Shown here one piece after another: positions 16,566 to 24,930 of a DNA stretch of 64,000 nt. How positions within the stretch are numbered: the first letter of the stretch is position 1; each line of letters starts with the position of its first letter. The notes below the pieces were generated by a model. The model was not told where the DNA came from and did no database searches. It saw nothing but the letters and a program-made list of their open reading frames with translations. This DNA is from a virus. The stretch lies in IMG/VR virus record IMGVR_UViG_3300026088_000013; one strand, 5' to 3'. A program made the position numbers and the translations under genes.

Positions 16566-16686
16566 TGTCATCCAATTCCTCATCTTCAAGCGTAGATGCC
16601 TGATTTTCTTCTTTATCGGGTTCAATAATCGAAAAGGAGCCATCTTCGTAAACGGTTAGGATGAGTTTTATCTTTTTCTTTGCCAT
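16525..16686 (-). CDS. Acidic peptide ending GGDRPPTGPKTP (53 aa, not in track)
   Basis: MAKKKIKLILTVYEDGSFSIIEPDKEENQASTLEDEELDDNGGDRPPTGPKTP; AT-rich start context. Confidence 0.6.
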   Translation of the reverse strand: MAKKKIKLILTVYEDGSFSIIEPDKEENQASTLEDEELDDNGGDRPPTGPKTP

Positions 16687-16738
16687 TGTAAAAATAATTG
16701 ATAGTTATGAGATTATATACCGTGAAATATCGGGATTT

Positions 16739-17161
16739 TCAGAGTTTCGGATCTTTGGGCTTAGCGGCGGGCGTGGGGGTGTCTAGGGTTCCATCTACCT
16801 TATCGCTGTTGGTTGTTTTATAATCAATGGCAGCGTCAAACCGTTTGTTTACGGAGCTGAACAATTTTGACAGCATAAGATTGCCCCCCAATCCCAATAA
16901 CAAAAAGAACCCTATGACGAATAAATCTGCGTAATTGGCCGCTTTAGTGCCCACTCTATAAGGAAGAGCTATCCACGCCGCCAGAATGAGGAGGAGATTA
17001 CTTGCAGGTACGTACCAATCTTCCAAAAAAGCGGCCTTGTTACTGAATTCAAGATTTGCTAGTCTGGCTTTCTCCTTTAACCTTTTGAGCGTCCAAAATA
17101 CGCCGATAACTAATCCGATAAGGCCCACGAACAAACACGCTGTTGATAACGGTAATTTCAT
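16739..17161 (-). CDS. Three-TM membrane protein, holin candidate
   Basis: Three hydrophobic segments, charged C-tail. Confidence 0.55.
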   Translation of the reverse strand: MKLPLSTACLFVGLIGLVIGVFWTLKRLKEKARLANLEFSNKAAFLEDWYVPASNLLLILAAWIALPYRVGTKAANYADLFVIGFFLLLGLGGNLMLSKLFSSVNKRFDAAIDYKTTNSDKVDGTLDTPTPAAKPKDPKL

Positions 17162-17173
17162 ATATTTTGGGTT

Positions 17174-19402
17174 TTAGTTTGCTAACTGAATGGCGCTGAA
17201 TGGCGTTACCCACAGCAACGCGCCGGACTTGCCAAAGAAAAATGTCGGCTGCTCATCCTGCGTGGTCAAAAATAAGCTATTTAGTAATACAGGAGCCGTG
17301 ATACTCGTCCCATACAAAGCCGTGAATGACGGTACATACTTCTCCACCAAACTGTTCTTGCGATAGCCGATGCGTATCGTCTGGTTGCTTGCACTTGCTG
17401 CCTGCTGGCTGTTCTTCCACACAATGTCACAAATGCTGTCGGTGAGCCGTCCTGTGGCGCTATCTACCTTCTGCCAGTACTGGTGATGCAAGCCGGTCGT
17501 ATCGGCTGTGCCGGTAGCGCTTACCAGCCTGTACCACTTTAACCGGTTATAAATACTGGCCCGGTAGTACCACCACGGCGTAGGGGCGTGTAAGGCGAAG
17601 GGGGGCCCATTGTCGCGGTCATTTATGCGGCCGTAGCTCCTGAACAAGTTGGGGTAATTCGTCGTACCGGCGAACTCATTCATCATGTTAAACTCGTTAT
17701 AGCCGATCACCGGGGTTTCGTTCATTATAAGCTCACAACGGGCCATCATAATGGCTTTGTAGTGCAGTGAATCAAAACTACCGTGCCCCGGACTGCATCC
17801 CAAATCCCACGGATAGGATGCCTGTGTGGCGTCGATGGAGGGTGTCCCCCAATTGCCGTACCCCTGCTCTGTACAGTAAATAGCGAAGGACGTATCCCCA
17901 TCGGTATAGTTGTACACGGCCCTGCTGTACGCTATATAGGTGGCGGCAAGCCCTATGAGATTATCGCCTTCGGGAGAGCGCCCATAACCGCCTACCTGCT
18001 GCGCGGTTGATGGGCCATATCCCAAGTAATTAACACTACGCGGGTAGTGGTGGAAGTTAAAGGCGCTCACCGGGATGACGTGATCAGCTCTTAAAATACG
18101 ACTGAACCATACGAAGTTGTCCACCCATAGGCTGTCATATTCTGTGGTGCCGGACATTACCAGTTTCATCGTTGAACTGTAAGCGCGTAAACTATCCCAA
18201 TTCATTGAGGTGCGTAGCCAATAGCACAGACCGGACACGGTATAGTTATCCTCGTTACCGTTCTCTACATAGCTGATAATACTTTGCCATTGATTTGCAT
18301 ACCATCCGAAAAATTTTGAATCACGGGTATAATTATAACTTTCGGTTTCGCCGTTCCAGTTGTCTGTATTGGCGTAGGAGCCCGGATGTGTTTGATTCAG
18401 ATAATTAGAGTTTCCCCGAATACTCCACCAAAATTTCTTACCGGTTCTTTTATAAAATGGATATTGTGTTGGCCCGATATCCGAAAAGTAGTCGAGCGTA
18501 AAGGTGGCCGATGCAGTCGTAGTTTGAGCGCGGGTTGTGTCCCAATATCCGTGATCACCATACACCCGCACCATGCCGTCATAGGCAGAGTTTAGCGTAT
18601 CAATGCCGTTGCCTAGATTTGTACCTGTGAACTCCCCATAGGTATTAGCTCGTGGCGTAGCGCCGGTATACGTATCCGGTCGTTTGTCCAATGCTGTTGT
18701 ATCGTAATTATATGTGCCGTAGATAGACAATTCCGCAAAATCAGGAATGGTGAAATAACTTGTCCTATTTTTTTTGACCGCCCGGATCATCAGGTAACGG
18801 CAATTAACGTTACAAGTAGTGCTTACCCACGCACCGGGAGCCGAAGGGTTGACGGTAGTGACTATTTTAGCAAAAGCCGTCAACATAGAATCCGGCCGCG
18901 CTAAATACCATGATCGGTCACTGTATGCCGCCCGGAACATCACATCAAGATTATAAAAATAAAGCGTGTCCCCTGCATCAAAAGTGGCATTCCAGCCCCA
19001 CAAGTCAGTAATGTTTACAGTGTTTGTCGTATCCTCCATGTTTCGTGCGCCAGTCATGTCAAAAATTATATTCAGCCCTCTATTTCCCGGATAGTTATTA
19101 CCGTTAACTACGCCTTGTTTATAATAACTATCATACATGTGGCGAGGAAGCCCGAAGATGGTATCGAGGCCAATGCCGTTGGGTATTGCAGTGACGCCGT
19201 TGAGCGGATCAACTTGCCCAAAGAAGTTGAAAAACCCTTGCATTTTTGACTGATCTCCGCTCGGGACTGAAAATCCTACCCATTCCCGGAATATTTTGGG
19301 TTTGATAGGTGCCTTGGTAAACATCTTGCGCGCCGGAACAGCGCTAAAGTTGATTACCGTCAAGACAAAAAGTATTCCCAGTATTACATATAGATTTTTC
19401 AT
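17174..19402 (-). CDS. Exported clan GH-A glycoside hydrolase with N-terminal discoidin/CBM32-like domain
   Basis: Signal peptide; RYLMIR...FAELSIYG; YVENGNE (acid/base), AFNFHHY, IYCTEQGY (nucleophile). Confidence 0.7.
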   Translation of the reverse strand: MKNLYVILGILFVLTVINFSAVPARKMFTKAPIKPKIFREWVGFSVPSGDQSKMQGFFNFFGQVDPLNGVTAIPNGIGLDTIFGLPRHMYDSYYKQGVVNGNNYPGNRGLNIIFDMTGARNMEDTTNTVNITDLWGWNATFDAGDTLYFYNLDVMFRAAYSDRSWYLARPDSMLTAFAKIVTTVNPSAPGAWVSTTCNVNCRYLMIRAVKKNRTSYFTIPDFAELSIYGTYNYDTTALDKRPDTYTGATPRANTYGEFTGTNLGNGIDTLNSAYDGMVRVYGDHGYWDTTRAQTTTASATFTLDYFSDIGPTQYPFYKRTGKKFWWSIRGNSNYLNQTHPGSYANTDNWNGETESYNYTRDSKFFGWYANQWQSIISYVENGNEDNYTVSGLCYWLRTSMNWDSLRAYSSTMKLVMSGTTEYDSLWVDNFVWFSRILRADHVIPVSAFNFHHYPRSVNYLGYGPSTAQQVGGYGRSPEGDNLIGLAATYIAYSRAVYNYTDGDTSFAIYCTEQGYGNWGTPSIDATQASYPWDLGCSPGHGSFDSLHYKAIMMARCELIMNETPVIGYNEFNMMNEFAGTTNYPNLFRSYGRINDRDNGPPFALHAPTPWWYYRASIYNRLKWYRLVSATGTADTTGLHHQYWQKVDSATGRLTDSICDIVWKNSQQAASASNQTIRIGYRKNSLVEKYVPSFTALYGTSITAPVLLNSLFLTTQDEQPTFFFGKSGALLWVTPFSAIQLAN

Positions 19403-19441
19403 ATATTTATACTGGTTTAATATGCAATGGTTCTTTTCTTG

Positions 19442-19473
19442 ACAGGGGTAATGGGAACTACCCCTGTTTTTTT
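19442..19473 (+). terminator. Hairpin with U-tract on the + (antisense) strand
   Basis: acaggggta/tacccctgt 9 bp stem then tttttt. Confidence 0.5.
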
Positions 19474-22400
19474 ATGGTGCTACATAAGTGTATGAAAAAC
19501 TAAATCCAATTGAAAAAGTGGCTGTGCCGGGCGCGTAATACGAAACACTTGCATTCCCGCTTCCTGTATCAGCAGAAATTCCACCGGAAGTTCCCGTAGA
19601 AGCAGTTACGCCCATATGCCCTGATAAATCATACACTGAACCAAAAGTGGATATTCCGGTTGGCAAACTTATATTGAATGCCGTAATAGTTGCTCCGGCT
19701 GTAGCCGTAACATCTACCGTTCCCTCTACGAATACCTCATCTCCGATTCTATGCCAGTGTGTCTTTCTGCCAGTACTACTTGCTACGTTGGTTCCATTAG
19801 TTATAGTCGGCGTGTACGTTCCCGATGTAACATTCGCATCTGTAAATAGTGTTGATAGTGGAATTTGCGCTACTGAGCTATCAGTATTATGCACCAATAA
19901 TGTATATCCTGATATGGCCGGCTTTGTTCCATTTAGTTTAAATAACCCTGTGGATGTGCCGGTAAAAATAAGATTATTTGAGCCTAACGTAAGCGTAGTA
20001 TTTCCCGTTAATGCACCGCCTAAAACAATATGATTTGTACTATCTGCATCAGTTGTTGCTGTTAAACCATTATCGGCTTTAAGTGTCTTTGAGGCCAATG
20101 TGTCAGTAGGCAGTACGTATACCGTGTTTAAACCGCTACCGGCGTTTATAACGTTTAATGTCCCTCCGCCGGAAATGGAGCTTTGCGCTACTTTCCTCAC
20201 TATACTATCAGCACCAATGACTAATATCGAATCTGTGCCAACGCCCACTCCGGTGAAACCCATTTTTAATTTTCCGAACAAGTTTAATGCAACCGAATCA
20301 ACAACATTTTTTACGATAAGCTGCCCCGGTGCCAGTTGAGTGTTAGAAGATACTACGACAGGTGAGCCTATCTGCCATTTACCATTTGTGTATCCGATTG
20401 CCGACATAGCATTACCTGCAATTAAATGCAGTTGTCCATATTGGTCTGCGGTTTGCGTTGAAGCCAATGTTGTATTACCCGTACCGGGATTGTATAATTC
20501 CACGTAGCCATTCGGGCCGCTCATCCGATTATTCGTAGTTCCATCAATAGACAGCCCGCTTCCTACTTGTAAATCAGAAGTAACCTTTGCATTTCCTATA
20601 ACAAGAAAGTTAAAAGTAGTCGGCACGGTGCAATTGACGCATACGTTCTGCCCCAGCTTCGCATATTGACCATCGTTTTTAAATGCCCATTCTTCTAAAC
20701 CGGTATGACCGCCATCGTTGAAGGTTGCGTTAATCCATAGCGCAGCATGTTTTTGATTGTCCGCGCTGTAGTTTATTATAGGGTTTATAATAGTTGAACC
20801 GGTCAATGTTGCTGCGGCTGTAAAAGAACCGCTAAACGCGTTCGTATTTGTATAAGTGTTGTTTCCGTATAGAAAAGATATGTCACGCACACTTGATTTA
20901 GTTACCTTATTATCAACGCCTATTCTTAGAAATTCGTCATTGGGCCCTGATGCTATAGCGGTGTTTATGTACGTAGAATACGTTGCCGTTGGCAGTATTT
21001 CCGGGGCATCGGCCATTATCTTTGAGGCAATGGCGTAATGCCCTGCGTCATTGGGGTGAATCCCGTCGCTTTGGTATTGAGATTTCCAACCCGTTCCACT
21101 CCTAAGAATGTCAAACGTATTTATATATTTCAACGACCTACGGGTAGCGATAGCCAGTAGTGTATCATTGTAGGGCGTTAGATCTACGTTATTATTTGGG
21201 CATGCCGATACTATAATGGCGGTTATTGAGTGCAATGCGAGACTGTCTAATATACGATTTATATTAACGCTAAAAGTCGGCGTTGTAACAAGCGCTTGCG
21301 CGTCATTCACCCCTATATTCAGTAATGCATACTGCGCTCCAAGGGTGCCTATTTCTGCCAAATTAGAAACGACATCGGCACTTTTATCTCCGGGGCCGCC
21401 GCTTATGTTATAAAAGCTCCTGTCTGGAAACATTGTTCCCACGTAGGACGTAGAGATAGAAGCGGCATTAAATCCAGCTGTGATAGAGTTTCCTATCACC
21501 ACAGTGCCGCCCATGCGTTCGTTACTCTCTATTTTATCCAGTGTATAATGTTGGTGGCCTCCGACAAACCAGAGCATAAATTGCCCTGAATTGCTTTCGT
21601 AGCTCATGCCCAAGGGCGGCCCGTAAAAAGCCTGTGTCTTAGCCCCACTCGTCAGGTTTGTCAGCGTAGCTACGTATACGTTGTCCAGTCGTTCGATGGT
21701 TCCTAACAGACTATCGTTGTTGTTTATTTTTATTGACGGAGAGGTGGATAATATTGTACCAGCAATATTTTGTCCCTCCAACAAAGTTATCGTACCTCTT
21801 GTAGCGGCCCTTAAATCAAAGTACGCAAATATAGAAGCCGCGAAAAAGGTAGAGGTGCTATTGGTGCCAATGGCTACGCCGTAACTGCTGCTGGTTGAAT
21901 CAATCGCCGTGAATCGTATTGACTTCTTCCATTGGGTGCGGCCAGTATGCTGGTTTAAAACAATGTAATCGTTTGTGTTATTTGTTCCCCCCGTTACGTC
22001 CATATATGTACCCGGAAAAGTTATTGTCACAGTAGCCGTTGCAGCTGTGTATGTCGCTGGCAAAGATCCAACTGCAAAACTTTGATTCACCAATGTACCG
22101 GCTATAGTCGGGGGAGTCCCCATAATAACGTCCTGATTAAACCGTTTTGAGCTGTTGATGGTGTCCTTATCGCGTACATCGGTTCCTATTACCTGCAAGT
22201 TATTGCTGGCCGTTGTGATACCTCCGCCGCCTCCACTGCCATTCGCCGCTGCTGTAATCCGCCCCTTGCTATCCACGGTAATGTTTGCACTCGTATAACT
22301 GCCGGGTGTTACGGCGGTATTGGCTAAAGTTGCTGCCGCACTTCCGGGCCCTGTTGCCGTAACATCTCCTGTGAGTGCGGTAATATAGTTACCTGCTGGT

Positions 22401-23530
22401 TGTTTGTTATTAAAGGTAGTCCAATCTGTGTTGGATAGTTTACCTGTATTTGTGCCGGATGCTACAGGTAAGTTAAAGGTATGAGTAGCCGTGGCTGACG
22501 ATATATTAAAATCAGTTCCGCTTGTTCCTGTTGCGAATACTTGGGTTGCAGCAGTCAATGTATTAAGATTAGTTATCCCCCCTCCTCCACCCCCACCAGA
22601 TCCATACCCTTGTTGTTTTACCCATTCAGTTGTTGCTACTCTATTTGAACTATCTAACAGCCCCATTGTAGTTGCAGTAAGTGTATCAAGTATAGTTACC
22701 GGATGATAGAACTTAGAGGCCAATGCCTTTACTGAAAATAGGGCTGTTGGGCTTTCTATCCCTACCGAATCACCTCCCGTAATATTCACATAACTAGGAG
22801 CAAATAGAACCGTAGCTTGCCCTGCATCGGAAAATATTTTAGTCCTTATTAAGTATCTTACATCGAAGTTGTGGATATTGGTGAATAGCAAGTTTTCTGA
22901 TCCTACACTACCCGTCAAGGTCGTATTAGCGTCTATTAATGTACCCCCCAATTTTGCATTACTACCCGTAGCGGTCAACCCATTAGAGACTGTTTTTAAC
23001 TGATTAATGACTGAAAAAGATCCCCCGGAGGTCATGGTGACATCTCCTCCCGGCGTAACTTGCGCCGCATTTCCAGACAAGTCCCCGGCCCATATTTTAC
23101 CCGTAGCAAGTGTATTTTGGAGTTTCCCAGCTATTGATGCGCGAAGATTTAACTTGGCAGTATCTACCCTATAATTGGTTGCAAATACTGTACTATCCGT
23201 AGACCCTCCTACGGTTTGTATGAATTTTAAACAGCTATCCAATGTGCAATCTTGAAACCAAAAAATACCGGTATGCCCTGCTGTGTCTACATAGATAGGG
23301 AATCTACCACTACGATATTTTGCCAAATTAAGATAGGACAAAACCTCTGCCCTATTAGCATAATTTCTATAAACAAACGTCGATGAATTAAAATATTGTG
23401 ACCGGCTATCAGTAGGAACAGCTTGAGCTACTCCCAAAGCATCATTGACGGTGACATGAATAGCTGGATTATATTGCGCTTTAGAAAAAAAGCCAATTAA
23501 AAGCAATAGTGCTGTTATTATTCTTTTCAT
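19472..23530 (-). CDS. Tail fibre/spike with SGNH esterase domain and N-terminal Sec signal peptide
   Basis: Fibre motifs GKLSNTDWTTFNNKQ and GSYTSANITVDSKGRITAA; SGNH blocks GNSITAG, GVND, DGIHPN; fibre-type C-end HRIGDEVFV; SP MKRIITALLLLIGFFSKA-Q. Confidence 0.8.
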   Translation of the reverse strand: MKRIITALLLLIGFFSKAQYNPAIHVTVNDALGVAQAVPTDSRSQYFNSSTFVYRNYANRAEVLSYLNLAKYRSGRFPIYVDTAGHTGIFWFQDCTLDSCLKFIQTVGGSTDSTVFATNYRVDTAKLNLRASIAGKLQNTLATGKIWAGDLSGNAAQVTPGGDVTMTSGGSFSVINQLKTVSNGLTATGSNAKLGGTLIDANTTLTGSVGSENLLFTNIHNFDVRYLIRTKIFSDAGQATVLFAPSYVNITGGDSVGIESPTALFSVKALASKFYHPVTILDTLTATTMGLLDSSNRVATTEWVKQQGYGSGGGGGGGITNLNTLTAATQVFATGTSGTDFNISSATATHTFNLPVASGTNTGKLSNTDWTTFNNKQPAGNYITALTGDVTATGPGSAAATLANTAVTPGSYTSANITVDSKGRITAAANGSGGGGGITTASNNLQVIGTDVRDKDTINSSKRFNQDVIMGTPPTIAGTLVNQSFAVGSLPATYTAATATVTITFPGTYMDVTGGTNNTNDYIVLNQHTGRTQWKKSIRFTAIDSTSSSYGVAIGTNSTSTFFAASIFAYFDLRAATRGTITLLEGQNIAGTILSTSPSIKINNNDSLLGTIERLDNVYVATLTNLTSGAKTQAFYGPPLGMSYESNSGQFMLWFVGGHQHYTLDKIESNERMGGTVVIGNSITAGFNAASISTSYVGTMFPDRSFYNISGGPGDKSADVVSNLAEIGTLGAQYALLNIGVNDAQALVTTPTFSVNINRILDSLALHSITAIIVSACPNNNVDLTPYNDTLLAIATRRSLKYINTFDILRSGTGWKSQYQSDGIHPNDAGHYAIASKIMADAPEILPTATYSTYINTAIASGPNDEFLRIGVDNKVTKSSVRDISFLYGNNTYTNTNAFSGSFTAAATLTGSTIINPIINYSADNQKHAALWINATFNDGGHTGLEEWAFKNDGQYAKLGQNVCVNCTVPTTFNFLVIGNAKVTSDLQVGSGLSIDGTTNNRMSGPNGYVELYNPGTGNTTLASTQTADQYGQLHLIAGNAMSAIGYTNGKWQIGSPVVVSSNTQLAPGQLIVKNVVDSVALNLFGKLKMGFTGVGVGTDSILVIGADSIVRKVAQSSISGGGTLNVINAGSGLNTVYVLPTDTLASKTLKADNGLTATTDADSTNHIVLGGALTGNTTLTLGSNNLIFTGTSTGLFKLNGTKPAISGYTLLVHNTDSSVAQIPLSTLFTDANVTSGTYTPTITNGTNVASSTGRKTHWHRIGDEVFVEGTVDVTATAGATITAFNISLPTGISTFGSVYDLSGHMGVTASTGTSGGISADTGSGNASVSYYAPGTATFSIGFSFSYTYVAP

Positions 23531-24381
23531 TATTCTGAATATATTACTGAATATGGTGATTGAACAGAATCCCCTTTTGATACTACGTATTTTTTAGTGG
23601 CAATAGTAGCAATAGGATTATACGCCGTCCCCGGAATGGGCCCATAATTGAATCCAACTATATTTACCCATGATACCATATCGGCTTCTGCTACAGGGTA
23701 TCTTACCACTCTATATTTATTGTTGGCTGATAATGCAGGCCACGGAATAACAATTGGCCCTCCCGGATTAAAATTAACTGAACCTAAATATGTTAAATTA
23801 TCAGTTCCGGTAGATATGTCAGGCCACGGGTCTGTATCTCCCCACCACCAATTCGCAACAAGTTGTGCAATATTTACTGTCAAAGTTGCGTTCACACTTG
23901 TTAATACTTGTCCATTAGCATCGGTAATTACGCAAGAGTATGCCCCCGCATCCCCTGAATCCACGTTTGTTAAGTTAAGGGTTGGGTTTGTTTCTCCACC
24001 AATAGGCGTTCCATTAAATCGCCATTGATAAGAGTACGGTTGTGTTCCACCGGCTACTGCCACTAAGAAACTGGCATTATCTCCACTATCTACTGTCAAA
24101 TTGGTTGGTTGAATAATGATTATAAATGTCGTTATCGGTGGGACTGGTGTAACATTTCGCCCTCTAGATAATGCGTACATATAATTAGCCGTAGATTCCA
24201 AACTAGCATCATTCGGGCTTTGATCATACTTCCATTGAACAGATCGACGAACAAGATATAATAACCGTACATATCTATTGACGGAAGTTCCCCCGTTAAA
24301 TATTTGCCTATTTGCATTAACATAGGCATCTACCTCTTGAGCGACTTCGGCATATTGAAGGTATAAAGGGACGTCAACCAT
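23530..24381 (-). CDS. Virion protein with I-set immunoglobulin domain
   Basis: QPTNLTVDSG...YQWRFNG...LNLTNV...DAGAYSCVITD. Confidence 0.8.
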   Translation of the reverse strand: MVDVPLYLQYAEVAQEVDAYVNANRQIFNGGTSVNRYVRLLYLVRRSVQWKYDQSPNDASLESTANYMYALSRGRNVTPVPPITTFIIIIQPTNLTVDSGDNASFLVAVAGGTQPYSYQWRFNGTPIGGETNPTLNLTNVDSGDAGAYSCVITDANGQVLTSVNATLTVNIAQLVANWWWGDTDPWPDISTGTDNLTYLGSVNFNPGGPIVIPWPALSANNKYRVVRYPVAEADMVSWVNIVGFNYGPIPGTAYNPIATIATKKYVVSKGDSVQSPYSVIYSE

Positions 24382-24888
24382 TTAAAAGAATTTATTTTGG
24401 TTAACTATATAGTTCCTTGCACGATCAATAGCAGCCTGCGCATTTACAATACTTCCATAAGTAACAGATAATTCTACATTTGACACTTCCGTATACATAT
24501 TGCTTAAACTGCTATAATATTGTTCATCATTTATTATTGCGGCATTGGCAGAAATATCTTGTACTCTTTCGTAAATAAATTGTTGGGTATAGCCTGTAAA
24601 TCCGTATAAAGTTGTTTCTGTATAAGTGCTAGGTGCAGCCAACGGGCTACTAGATACCCATACCACCGTTATATTAAGGGCATAATCTTTTGGCAGTAAG
24701 TCAACAGTAATAGTAGCATCTGCAATGGGCCATACTATATAAGACGAAGTTAATAGGGAGCCATTTGCTTTATATGGATAAATACGGCGTTCAGTCAAAT
24801 TCCCATCCGAACCCGTACTTGTATCGGTGAATAGCACATCGCTATTATTAGGGTTTTGTACTGCTGTGAAGGCTCCATTAAATGACAT
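24382..24888 (-). CDS. Putative virion/fibre adaptor protein
   Basis: 168 aa, beta-rich N-half, position in tail module. Confidence 0.55.
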   Translation of the reverse strand: MSFNGAFTAVQNPNNSDVLFTDTSTGSDGNLTERRIYPYKANGSLLTSSYIVWPIADATITVDLLPKDYALNITVVWVSSSPLAAPSTYTETTLYGFTGYTQQFIYERVQDISANAAIINDEQYYSSLSNMYTEVSNVELSVTYGSIVNAQAAIDRARNYIVNQNKFF

Positions 24889-24930
24889 TGTAATTCGGTT
24901 TGTTAAAATTACTAAAATTAAATTATAATC

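Noticed and set aside
17174-17400. Type IX secretion C-terminal domain on the GH
   Set aside because: The C-terminus lacks the typical CTD pattern
22225-22600. CC(A/T/G) runs in the fibre gene
   Set aside because: They simply encode poly-Gly linkers
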